From: an uncultured virus (IMG/VR IMGVR_UViG_3300025621_000004)
Lineage: Duplodnaviria > Heunggongvirae > Uroviricota > Caudoviricetes
Reading direction: 5' to 3' (one strand)
Length of the DNA stretch: 64,000 nt
Virus record (IMG/VR): IMGVR_UViG_3300025621_000004
This document shows positions 48,974-57,765 of this stretch, piece after piece; position 1 is the first letter of the stretch; every line of letters starts with the position of its first letter. A program made the position numbers and the translations under genes. The notes beneath the pieces are model-generated. The model saw only the letters and a program-made list of their open reading frames with translations. It ran no database searches and had not been told where the DNA came from.

Positions 48974-50512
48974 ATGGAATTATTTGGATATCAAATTACA
49001 AAGAGACTCTCATCAAAGAGAGATGCAGAGAAAGACATTAAGTCCTTTGCGCCGAAACCTGAAGAAGACGGTGTTTCTTCTACAGTTGCAGCTGGTGGAT
49101 ATTATGGGCAATATGTTGATTTAGATGGTTCAGCTTCGGCCAATGATCAGGATTTGATCATTAAGTACAGAGAAGCAGCGCGGCAACCTGAGTGTGACTC
49201 AGCTGTGAGCGATATTGTTGATGCAGCGATTGCATCGAGAACGAGCGGAAGCCCATGCGAGATCGATTTAACCGAGCTCGACCAACCAGATAGTATTAAA
49301 AAGAAGATTGTCGAGGAATTCGACAACGTACTATCGCTTTATAAATTTAATAAGAATGCTGAACAGATGTTTCGGCAATGGTATATCGATGGAAGAATAT
49401 ATTTTCATATCATCATCGACGAAAATAGCCCAAAAAGAGGAATTTTAGAAATACGTCCTATTGAATCTACCTTTATGAAGAAGGTAAAGGAAATACAGAC
49501 TGAAACAGATACTAAGACGAATGCTACTATACAGAAGGTTGTAAATGAGTACTATATCTACTCAGAACAGTATTCGCACACTGGAGCTACATTGAATGCG
49601 CAATCTCAAGCTGGTGGAAAAGAGATATCTGGAGTAAAGATTGCGAAGGATGCAGTCATTAATGTAACGTCAGGTCTTTTAGATGCAACACAACAGCGAG
49701 TAGTTTCTTATCTACATAAGGCTCTAAAGCCGGTGAATCAACTTCGAATGATGGAAGATTCGTTGGTCATGTATCGTGTAGCTCGTGCTCCTGAGAGACG
49801 TATCTTTTATATCGATGTTGGTAATTTGCCAAAGGGTAAAGCTGAAGAATATGTACAAAGCATTATGAGTAAGTATCGTAATAAGCTTGTATACGATGCA
49901 GCTACAGGAGATATTAAAGATGATCGTCGACACATGTCGATGCTTGAAGATTTTTGGTTACCTCGCCGTGAAGGCGGAAGAGGAACTGAAATCACTACTC
50001 TTCCAGGTGGAGAAAACCTAGGACAGATTGATGATATTGTTTTCTTTCAACGGAAGTTATATAAGACTCTCAACGTTCCAATTTCTCGATTAGATTCTGA
50101 AACATCATTCAGTCTTGGTAGATCTTCTGAGATCACTCGCGATGAAGTAAAGTTTCAGAAGTTCGTTGATCGTATTCGTAAGAAGTTCTCTTCTATATTG
50201 CTTGAAGCGCTGAAGGTTCAGTTGATCTTGAAGGGAATTATTGGAAAAGATGAATGGGAAGACCTCGCGAGCGATATGGCTGTTAGCTTTATCGAAGATA
50301 ACTACTTCGCTGAATTGAAAGAATCTGAAATTCTTACAGCTAGAATCGAGATGCTCGACCTATTGGGTGAGAATGTCGGCAAATACTATTCTACTAAATG
50401 GATTCGTAATAACATTCTTAAGCAATCTGATGAAGATATCGAAAGAATCGATGCTGAAATTGCAGAAGAAACCCCAGAAGAAGACGAAGGAGAAGCTGAA
50501 TCCGGCTTTTAA
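48974..50512 (+). CDS. gp20: Portal vertex protein
   Basis: WYIDGR, SYLHKALKPVNQLRMMEDSLV.YR..RAPERRIFYIDVGNLPK, EDFWLPRREGGRGTEI.TLPGG. Confidence 0.97.
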   Translation: MELFGYQITKRLSSKRDAEKDIKSFAPKPEEDGVSSTVAAGGYYGQYVDLDGSASANDQDLIIKYREAARQPECDSAVSDIVDAAIASRTSGSPCEIDLTELDQPDSIKKKIVEEFDNVLSLYKFNKNAEQMFRQWYIDGRIYFHIIIDENSPKRGILEIRPIESTFMKKVKEIQTETDTKTNATIQKVVNEYYIYSEQYSHTGATLNAQSQAGGKEISGVKIAKDAVINVTSGLLDATQQRVVSYLHKALKPVNQLRMMEDSLVMYRVARAPERRIFYIDVGNLPKGKAEEYVQSIMSKYRNKLVYDAATGDIKDDRRHMSMLEDFWLPRREGGRGTEITTLPGGENLGQIDDIVFFQRKLYKTLNVPISRLDSETSFSLGRSSEITRDEVKFQKFVDRIRKKFSSILLEALKVQLILKGIIGKDEWEDLASDMAVSFIEDNYFAELKESEILTARIEMLDLLGENVGKYYSTKWIRNNILKQSDEDIERIDAEIAEETPEEDEGEAESGF

Positions 50513-50541
50513 AATATATCCCTTGTCGAAGCGCAAACTAT

Positions 50542-50549
50542 TATAAATA
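50542..50549 (+). promoter_or_regulatory. Late promoter (prohead core to gp23 operon)
   Basis: TATAAATA, 8 nt before ATG. Confidence 0.85.
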
Positions 50550-50557
50550 TACACTAT

Positions 50558-50971
50558 ATGGAACAAACAGAAAAACTCTTTAACGCACTTGTTACTAACA
50601 ATGCAGAAGGCGTACAGCAAGCATTTCATAATGCTATGGGCGAAAAGATTCAACAAGCGTACGATATCCGTAAGGTCAATCTTACATCAACAGTATTTAA
50701 TTCTCAAGGAGTAAGTGAAGCGGTTGAACTCGATGAAGCACTTAGTGCAAAAGACTTTTTAAAAGGTGGAGCAACTAAAATCTCAGATAGCGATGTCGAT
50801 GATTTGCTTGGTAAGATATACGACAGCGGTACTTTAACTAAAGCTCTTGTTCGCAATAAGGTATATCAAGACGGAGAAGATAATCCTAAGAAGAAGAACA
50901 CCTACAAAAAGGGAACAGCTGATTTTCATCTCTTTCAATTAGGTCAACAAATCGAACAATCAAGATCGTAA
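50558..50971 (+). CDS. Prohead core protein (gp67/gp68-like)
   Basis: Lies between gp20 and gp21; helical N-terminus (F.NAMGEKI..A...RK) and L-x-E putative gp21 cleavage sites. Confidence 0.6.
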   Translation: MEQTEKLFNALVTNNAEGVQQAFHNAMGEKIQQAYDIRKVNLTSTVFNSQGVSEAVELDEALSAKDFLKGGATKISDSDVDDLLGKIYDSGTLTKALVRNKVYQDGEDNPKKKNTYKKGTADFHLFQLGQQIEQSRS

Positions 50972-50972
50972 T

Positions 50973-51617
50973 ATGAAATTAATTACAGAGCATTTAGATC
51001 AAGTCGAATACATCACAGAAGCAAACGATAAGGGCGAAAAGAAAGTCTATATCGAAGGTGTATTCATGCAAGCGGAAAAGGAAAACCGCAATAATAGAAT
51101 TTATCCTAAAAACGTATTAACTGAGGCATGCGCCAAATATGTAAAGGAGCAGGTTAGTACTGGACGAGCAGTTGGTGAGTTAAATCACCCTGAAGGTCCA
51201 CAGATTAACCTTGATAAAGTTTCACATCGCATCACCGAACTTAATTGGAACGGTAATGATGTTGTTGGAAAGGCACTGATACTAGACACGCCAATGGGTA
51301 AAATCGTGAAAGGTCTCGTCGAAGGCGGGTGTAAGTTAGGTGTTTCAAGTCGTGGTATGGGTACTGTTGAGAGAAGAGAAAATAAGTCATATGTTAAGAA
51401 TGATTTTATTCTTAATACAATTGATATTGTTCAAGATCCCTCTGCACCATCTGCCTTCGTTGAAGGTATTATGGAAGGTGTAGAATGGATATGGGACAAT
51501 GGTCTTCTGAAGCCTCAGCAAATTGAAAGTTATGAGACAGAAATCAAAAGAGTATCTTCGGGGCGTCTAAGTGAGGCTCAAGAACGTATTTGGCAAGATT
51601 TCCTCTCCAATCTCTAA
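50973..51617 (+). CDS. gp21: Prohead protease
   Basis: IEGVFMQAE..NRN.RIYP, GELNHP, GVSSRGMG, DIVQDPSAP.AFV. Confidence 0.97.
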   Translation: MKLITEHLDQVEYITEANDKGEKKVYIEGVFMQAEKENRNNRIYPKNVLTEACAKYVKEQVSTGRAVGELNHPEGPQINLDKVSHRITELNWNGNDVVGKALILDTPMGKIVKGLVEGGCKLGVSSRGMGTVERRENKSYVKNDFILNTIDIVQDPSAPSAFVEGIMEGVEWIWDNGLLKPQQIESYETEIKRVSSGRLSEAQERIWQDFLSNL

Positions 51618-51641
51618 TCTAATAAAAGAAAGTTACAAATT

Positions 51642-52772
51642 ATGTCCGAAGATATTATAGAAGACATCACAGAAGAAGCTTTGCTTGAAGATCAGGAGCT
51701 TGTGCAGGATACATCTGCCGAAGAAGTTACTGAACAACAAGGCTATTCTGAGACAATCGAAGGTATTCTCCTAGGTGAAGGCAAGAAGTCCAAAACAGAA
51801 TCTGATGAAGAAGAGTCCGAAGAGGACGAATCTGAAGAAGAGGAAGAAATGGAAGAAAGCGCCAAATCCAAGAAAGAAGAATCTGACGAAGAATATTCCG
51901 AAGAGGAAGAAGAAGAAGAAGTAGAAGAAAGTGTTATTGTATCACAGAAACCTACGAATGAATCTAAAAAGGAAGAATCTGAAGAAGAGGAAGTAGAAGA
52001 AGAGGAAGAAGAAGAAATGGAAGAATCTGCAGTAAACGAAGATTTGTCCATCCTTATCCAAAGTGAAGCTAATCTAACCGAAGACTTCAAGGCTAAAGCA
52101 TCAACATTGTTTGAAGCTGCTGTCTCTCAAAAAGTTGTTGCCGAAAGGGAACGTCTTGCTGAAGAGTATGCAAATGACCTTGTAGAAGAAGTTACAGAAG
52201 TACGTGAAAGTCTTATCACCAAGATCGATGATTACCTCAGTTATGTGGTTGAGTCGTGGGTAGAAGATAATCAAGTCGCTGTTGACTCTAAGCTTCGTAC
52301 AGATATTGCTGAAGGTTTCATCGGTTCTCTCAAGCAATTGTTTGTTGAGAATTACATCGAAGTTCCTGAATGCAAAGTAGATCTCTTCGACGAAATGTCG
52401 GAAGAAGTTCAAGAAGTAAAAGATGCACTTACCCTATCTGAAAGCACTACTGTAGAGCTTCAAAAAAGGGTGGAAGAACTTTCTCGTAAGAGCATTCTTT
52501 CTGAACAATCTGCTGATCTTGCAGCTACTCAAGTAGCAAAGCTTGAAGCACTCACCGAAGAAGTTGAATTTGTATCTGAATCAGTTTTTGCTGAGAAGGT
52601 TGCAACAATTAAATCTTCGATGTTCGCTTCTAATTCTAAGTCAGAAGAAATCGTCCTTGAAGAAAATAATTCAAAGTCAGAAATCATTGTTGAAGGTGAA
52701 GTTGATTCTCAAGAAGAATTGACATCAGACATGAAGTCATACCTCTCAGCAATCACAAGTCAAATCAAGTAA
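51642..52772 (+). CDS. gp22: Prohead core scaffold protein with Glu-rich region
   Basis: L.EDFKAKASTLFEAAV, IDDYLSYVVESW..DN, F.ENYIEVPE; poly-Glu tract around 51790-52030. Confidence 0.92.
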   Translation: MSEDIIEDITEEALLEDQELVQDTSAEEVTEQQGYSETIEGILLGEGKKSKTESDEEESEEDESEEEEEMEESAKSKKEESDEEYSEEEEEEEVEESVIVSQKPTNESKKEESEEEEVEEEEEEEMEESAVNEDLSILIQSEANLTEDFKAKASTLFEAAVSQKVVAERERLAEEYANDLVEEVTEVRESLITKIDDYLSYVVESWVEDNQVAVDSKLRTDIAEGFIGSLKQLFVENYIEVPECKVDLFDEMSEEVQEVKDALTLSESTTVELQKRVEELSRKSILSEQSADLAATQVAKLEALTEEVEFVSESVFAEKVATIKSSMFASNSKSEEIVLEENNSKSEIIVEGEVDSQEELTSDMKSYLSAITSQIK

Positions 52773-52822
52773 ATTAACGGTGATTCATACCACCAAAAAC
52801 CAACAAATAGAAAACAAATAAT

Positions 52823-54103
52823 ATGTTTAATGCAGAACAAGATATCAAAAAGTGGGCACCAGTACTAGAACACGCTGACGCCGCTCCTATCACAGACAGC
52901 TACAAAAAGGCTGTTACCGCTAAGCTCCTCGAAAACACTGAAGTAGCTCTTAAACAAGAGCGTGCTCAGTATGGTAGCCTTAACGAAAATAATCAAGCAA
53001 CTGGTTCAGTTTCTAACTTCGATCCAGTTCTTATCTCCCTTGTACGTCGTGCAATGCCTAATCTCATCGCTTATGATGTAGCAGGTGTTCAGCCGATGTC
53101 CGGTCCAACTGGTCTCATCTTCGCGATGAAGAGCCGTTACAATCCTACTGGTGGAAAACTCGGTCCAGTTGTTGATGGTGTCGAATTCGTTGACGCTACT
53201 CAGCCTGAAGCTCTTGGTCTCGACGAGCCTAATACAGCTTTCTCCGGTACTGGTACACATCCAGCAGGCGAAGGCATGCTCACAACTAATGGTGAATCAC
53301 TTGGAACTGATGGTAATCTTTTCGGTGACATGGGTTTCACAATCGAAAAAGCTGTTGTTGAAGCTAAGACACGTGGTCTTAAGGCTGAATACACAATGGA
53401 GCTTGCACAAGACCTGAAGGCTATTCATAACTTGGATGCTGAATCTGAGCTTGCTAACATCCTCTCGACTGAAATCCTTGCTGAAATCAATCGCGAAGTT
53501 ATCAACTCGATCAACAGTATCGCTGTTACTGGTGCTGCCGGAGCTACAGACGCTGGTACATTCAGCCTTAGCGCTGACGCTGATGGCCGTTGGGCTGTTG
53601 AGAAGTTCAAGAGCTTGATGTTCCAAATCGAAGTTGAAGCTAACAAGATTGCACTTACTACTCGTCGTGGTAAGGGTAACTTCATTATCTGCTCTTCTAA
53701 CGTTGCTTCTGCTCTTGCAGCTGCGGGCGTTTTGGATTACGCTCCAGCTCTTGCAACTAACCTTCAAGTTGATGACACCGGTAACACTTTCGCAGGTGTT
53801 CTTAATGGTCGCACTAAGGTTTACATCGACCCATATGCAGGTCCTGATTATGTAACAGTTGGCTATCGTGGAACTAATGCATACGATGCTGGTCTCTTCT
53901 ACTGCCCATACGTACCACTCACTATGGTTCGTGCAGTTGATGAAGCAACTTTCCAACCGAAGGTCGCTTTCAAGACTCGTTACGGTATGCAACAAAATCC
54001 ATTCGTCAGTGTCGCACCTGGTATCGGCGATGCTGGTGGTAATTCTTACTTCCGTAGGTTCTTGGTAACCGACATCAATGTTGGCGAAGCGCCTGCTGCA
54101 TAA
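52823..54103 (+). CDS. gp23: Major capsid protein
   Basis: KW.PVL, DPVLISLVRRAMPNLIAYD..GVQPMSGPTGLIFAM, LKAEYTMELAQDLKAIH, FYCPYVPL, FKTRYG. Confidence 0.98.
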   Translation: MFNAEQDIKKWAPVLEHADAAPITDSYKKAVTAKLLENTEVALKQERAQYGSLNENNQATGSVSNFDPVLISLVRRAMPNLIAYDVAGVQPMSGPTGLIFAMKSRYNPTGGKLGPVVDGVEFVDATQPEALGLDEPNTAFSGTGTHPAGEGMLTTNGESLGTDGNLFGDMGFTIEKAVVEAKTRGLKAEYTMELAQDLKAIHNLDAESELANILSTEILAEINREVINSINSIAVTGAAGATDAGTFSLSADADGRWAVEKFKSLMFQIEVEANKIALTTRRGKGNFIICSSNVASALAAAGVLDYAPALATNLQVDDTGNTFAGVLNGRTKVYIDPYAGPDYVTVGYRGTNAYDAGLFYCPYVPLTMVRAVDEATFQPKVAFKTRYGMQQNPFVSVAPGIGDAGGNSYFRRFLVTDINVGEAPAA

Positions 54104-54122
54104 TTGATCTAGTTTAAATCTT

Positions 54123-54155
54123 AAGTGGAGATCCTTCGGGGTCTCCACTTTTTTT
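54123..54155 (+). terminator. Rho-independent terminator with C(UUCG)G tetraloop after gp23
   Basis: AAGTGGAGATCC-TTCG-GGGTCTCCACTT followed by a T run. Confidence 0.92.
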
Positions 54156-54156
54156 G

Positions 54157-54164
54157 TATAAATA
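54157..54164 (+). promoter_or_regulatory. Late promoter (gp3)
   Basis: TATAAATA just after the gp23 terminator, 5 nt before ATG. Confidence 0.85.
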
Positions 54165-54169
54165 TATAC

Positions 54170-54634
54170 ATGAGCCTAACAGATAATTTTAACTTCTTAT
54201 CTCCGACAGGATTTAAGCTATCGATCGAATCACCCAAATTCGATAACCTAGAGTACTTCATTACAACAGTTTCTCTTCCGAGTATGTCATTAAGTGAAGT
54301 AGATTCTAGTTTTCGAAATCAGCAAGGATTTGTAAGCGGCGATCAGGTCAATTATGATTCTCTCGAAGTAACATTCTCGGTTGATGAAGATATGAAAAAC
54401 TATGTTGAGGTCTTCAATTGGATAAAGGAAACGGCTGAGAGCGATAGACAAGTCACCAATGATATTATATTGAGCATTCTCACGAGTCATAACAATATTA
54501 ATCGACAAATTAGGTTTGTACGAGCAATTCCAGTTTCTCTTGGAGGTGTCGAATTCACTACTCAGGCGACAGACATTGAATATCTTCAGAGTTCTATATC
54601 GTTCAGGTATGACTATTTCGAGATACTTAAGTAG
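54170..54634 (+). CDS. gp3: Tail completion / tube terminator protein
   Basis: NFLSPTGFK, L.VTFSVDEDMKNY.E..NW, F..A.PVSLGG..F, F.YDYF. ATG 54170 preferred because the track start 54125 lies inside the terminator. Confidence 0.88.
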   Translation: MSLTDNFNFLSPTGFKLSIESPKFDNLEYFITTVSLPSMSLSEVDSSFRNQQGFVSGDQVNYDSLEVTFSVDEDMKNYVEVFNWIKETAESDRQVTNDIILSILTSHNNINRQIRFVRAIPVSLGGVEFTTQATDIEYLQSSISFRYDYFEILK

Positions 54635-54642
54635 TATAAATA
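54635..54642 (+). promoter_or_regulatory. Late promoter (uvsY-uvsW)
   Basis: TATAAATA, 10 nt before ATG. Confidence 0.75.
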
Positions 54643-54652
54643 CTTTTATATT

Positions 54653-55099
54653 ATGATACTTGATGAAATTTTAAAAATGTGGAGTGAAGATGTTAAGATT
54701 GATGATCTTAACCTTGACGAAGAAACAACGAAGTCAGCTAAGCTTCACTCAAAATACTTAGAGCTCTTTACACTTGCTAAGCTGCAACTAAAGAGAAATG
54801 AAACGGAGATGAATAAGCTTCGTAAGAATAAGTGGTTGTACTTTAGTGGTAAGATGACTAAAGAAGAAATGGATAAGCTTGGTTGGCAATATGATCCATT
54901 CAATGGCATGACTAAACCACTCAAATCTGATATGGATATGTATTACAACTCTGATGAAGATATCATTCGAGTAGCAGGTAAAATCGATTATCAGAAAATG
55001 ATGGTAGAAGTTCTCGAAGAGATTATGAACAACTTGAGATGGAGACACACTAACATTAAGAATATCTTAGAGTTTAAAAAGTTTACATCTGGAGCGTAA
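54653..55099 (+). CDS. uvsY: Recombination mediator
   Basis: W.ED.KID, LHSKYL, KWLYFSGK, LKSD...Y..SDED, IKNILEF.KF..G. Confidence 0.9.
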   Translation: MILDEILKMWSEDVKIDDLNLDEETTKSAKLHSKYLELFTLAKLQLKRNETEMNKLRKNKWLYFSGKMTKEEMDKLGWQYDPFNGMTKPLKSDMDMYYNSDEDIIRVAGKIDYQKMMVEVLEEIMNNLRWRHTNIKNILEFKKFTSGA

Positions 55100-55117
55100 C
55101 TTAATAATATTTAGAAC

Positions 55118-56611
55118 ATGCTCAATATCCGTAAAGTTAACGAGGCTAAAATACACATATCCAGCGATGACAGTGGCGTATTGATGGAGTTAGGCGAGTA
55201 TTTTACGTTCTTCGCTGAAGGCTATAAGTTCATTCCAAGTTATCGCAATAAGATGTGGGATGGAAAAATTCGACTCTTTTGTAGGAGATCTCAGACAATG
55301 GCGTTTGGTCTCTTAGGTAAGATTGTTGAATTCGCTACAGATCGCAATTATGAAATTAACCTTGATGAAGCGATTAAACCTACACTTAGTTCGACTAACG
55401 AAGAACTAGACACTTTCATTAATGAGCTATCTCTATCATCTAAAGAGAATGCTATTCAAGCTCGTGATTATCAGATCGCCGCATTTAAAGAAGCTGCTAC
55501 ATCTCAGAGAACGATACTACTCTCTCCTACAGGTTCTGGCAAATCTCTTATGATCTATATGCTTGCTCGATACTTTTTGTCGAAAGAGATGGATCGAAAG
55601 GTGCTGATCGTGGTTCCTACTACTTCGCTCGTAGAGCAGATGACAAAAGACTTTGCTGACTATTCCTCGAATGATCCTGATTATAACGTTGATGAAGAGG
55701 TGCATAAGATCTACTCAGGAAAGGAAAAGTTTGACATTAACGCATCGATCGTTATTACTACATGGCAGAGTGCTATTAAACTTCCTCTGTCGTGGTTCGA
55801 TGCTTATGGCATGATTGTAGGTGATGAAGCTCATACCTTTAAAGCAAAGAGTCTAACTACTATTATGGATCGTTTAAGTAAAGCGTATGTCCGTATAGGA
55901 ACGACTGGTACTCTTGACGGTGGTAAAGTAAATGAGTTGGTTCTTGAAGGAAGCTTTGGTCCAACATATAAAGTAACGAGCACAAAGAAGTTGATGGACG
56001 AAGACACATTGGCAGATCTAGATATTCAGTGCTTAGTGCTGAAATATCCAGACGCAATGAAGAAAGCAATGGCGAAAGCAACCTATCATGAAGAGATTGA
56101 TTGTATTGTAGGTTACGAAAATCGTAATAAGTTCATTACTAATCTTGCTCTCGACCAAAGCGGTAATACACTTGTCTTGTACAATTTGGTTAATAAGCAT
56201 GGTAAGATTCTATACAACATGATAAAGGATAAGTCCACTAAAGGAAATGTCTTCTTTGTGTCAGGTGCTGTGAATGCCGAGGAACGAGAACGAATCAGAG
56301 AGCTGACAGAAAAGGAGAATGGCGCTATCATCGTAGCGTCAATGGGTACATTCAGTACTGGTATCAATATTAAGAATCTTCATAATATCATATTCGCTGC
56401 TCCTACTAAATCTCAAATTAGAGTTCTTCAGTCAATTGGAAGAGGGTTAAGAAAGTCTGATAGCGGACAACCTACTATTGTCTATGATTTAGCAGATGAT
56501 ATGTGTTGGAAGAAGCATAAAAACTATACACATAACCATGCTATAAATAGAATTAGAATATATGCTAAAGAGCGATTCAAATACACTATACACGAGGTAC
56601 CTATGATATGA
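55118..56611 (+). CDS. uvsW: SF2 RNA-DNA/DNA helicase
   Basis: WDGKIRLF, RDYQ, SPTGSGKS, VPTTSLVEQM, GDEAH, GTTGTL, FSTGINIKNLHN, QSIGRGLR. Confidence 0.97.
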   Translation: MLNIRKVNEAKIHISSDDSGVLMELGEYFTFFAEGYKFIPSYRNKMWDGKIRLFCRRSQTMAFGLLGKIVEFATDRNYEINLDEAIKPTLSSTNEELDTFINELSLSSKENAIQARDYQIAAFKEAATSQRTILLSPTGSGKSLMIYMLARYFLSKEMDRKVLIVVPTTSLVEQMTKDFADYSSNDPDYNVDEEVHKIYSGKEKFDINASIVITTWQSAIKLPLSWFDAYGMIVGDEAHTFKAKSLTTIMDRLSKAYVRIGTTGTLDGGKVNELVLEGSFGPTYKVTSTKKLMDEDTLADLDIQCLVLKYPDAMKKAMAKATYHEEIDCIVGYENRNKFITNLALDQSGNTLVLYNLVNKHGKILYNMIKDKSTKGNVFFVSGAVNAEERERIRELTEKENGAIIVASMGTFSTGINIKNLHNIIFAAPTKSQIRVLQSIGRGLRKSDSGQPTIVYDLADDMCWKKHKNYTHNHAINRIRIYAKERFKYTIHEVPMI

Positions 56612-57006
56612 TGAACTACGATGATGATGAATTCCTAATTACCTACAGACTGGTCGATGGCACTTATCTGATTGCCGAAGAGGTTGACATAAGTGAAGAG
56701 AACTCAGTGATCTACGTTTCCAATCCTTTAGAACTGATCAGAAGTCCAGAAGGTTGCAAGTTAATCCCATGGGTAATAGGTGATGATGATACGTGTATTG
56801 AGTTGAACGCTAACAACATTATAGCTAGAAGTGAAACTACCAAGTTAATATCAGAATACTATTATAAGTATATTACGTATGATAATATATTGAAAGCGAT
56901 GTATAACAAAGAAGATGATAATGATAATGATCAAGTTGATAATCTAGATTCATTGGATAAATTCTTTAAGAAATTAGAGAAACCAAATAGATTAGATTAT
57001 AATTAA
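56608..57006 (+). CDS. Conserved hypothetical protein (possible Sm-like fold) between uvsW and gp55
   Basis: RLVDGTYLIAE...NPLEL...PW pattern; a late box at 56542-56549 inside uvsW lies upstream. Confidence 0.65.
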   Translation: MMNYDDDEFLITYRLVDGTYLIAEEVDISEENSVIYVSNPLELIRSPEGCKLIPWVIGDDDTCIELNANNIIARSETTKLISEYYYKYITYDNILKAMYNKEDDNDNDQVDNLDSLDKFFKKLEKPNRLDYN

Positions 57007-57043
57007 TAGACATCTCTGTGGTTGTTTGTTTTTGATAAATCCA

Positions 57044-57072
57044 ATTATAACAACAATTGGCAGAGTTGTAAA
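57044..57072 (-). promoter_or_regulatory. Antisense sigma70-type promoter
   Basis: Minus strand TTTACA (57072-57067), 17-nt spacer ending TGT, TATAAT (57049-57044). Confidence 0.7.
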
Positions 57073-57109
57073 CCCTTAAATGCTGTACTTACTGATATAA
57101 CATTAAGTA

Positions 57110-57138
57110 TTTACTTATCAGCGATTATATGGTATAAT
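57110..57138 (+). promoter_or_regulatory. Sigma70-type (early/middle) promoter of gp55
   Basis: TTTACT-N17-TATAAT with extended TGn; ATG follows after 7 nt. Confidence 0.75.
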
Positions 57139-57145
57139 ATATATT

Positions 57146-57751
57146 ATGAAAATGAATCCTAAGACGAAGAGAGTACGCCGTGCCAAAGAGCATTACGTAA
57201 ACAATAAAGAATTCTCACAAGCTGTAGTTGATTATGTATGTAGTGTTAACGAAGCCCGTGAAGCTGGTTCTAAGGAACCAACGATAACAAACTATATTGG
57301 TGAATGTTTCTTAAAGATATGTAATGGTCTATCTCATAAACCAAACTTCATCGGTTATACATATCGTGAAGAGATGGTGATGGATGCAGCAGCGAATTGT
57401 GTGAAGGCTATTATGAATTACGATGTTGAAAAGGCAACTCGTACTGGATTGCCAAATGCTTTTGCTTACTTCACTCAAATCACGTACTTTGCTTTCCTTC
57501 GTCGTATCGCAAAGGAGAAAAAGCAGCAAGACATCAAAGAGCGTTATATCACTTATGCTGGTGCAGATGCATTTGCTGACTTTGGTTCTCATGGCAGTGC
57601 TGCTAGTTCAGACAACATTGTTGATGCTATTAGAAACAAGTCTATGCGAATTAGAGAGAAAGATAACGCTATTAAGGATTTCGGCAAAGAGCTGAAAAAG
57701 AAAGAACGAAAGACAAAGGATAATACAGGTGGAATTGAACTCTTCTTTTAG
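57146..57751 (+). CDS. gp55: Late transcription sigma factor
   Basis: HYVNNKEF, YIGECFLKI...LSHKPNFIGYTYREEM..DA, NAFAYFTQITYFAFLRRIAKEKKQ. Confidence 0.96.
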   Translation: MKMNPKTKRVRRAKEHYVNNKEFSQAVVDYVCSVNEAREAGSKEPTITNYIGECFLKICNGLSHKPNFIGYTYREEMVMDAAANCVKAIMNYDVEKATRTGLPNAFAYFTQITYFAFLRRIAKEKKQQDIKERYITYAGADAFADFGSHGSAASSDNIVDAIRNKSMRIREKDNAIKDFGKELKKKERKTKDNTGGIELFF

Positions 57752-57765
57752 AGGCATTTTATATT

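Noticed and set aside
51790..52030. GAA-rich low-complexity tract as a possible repeat array
   Set aside because: It simply encodes the Glu-rich region of scaffold gp22; no spacer structure.
53297..54148. 283-aa minus-strand ORF and the many other short overlapping ORFs
   Set aside because: Antisense or off-frame shadows of conserved genes (here gp23) caused by codon bias.
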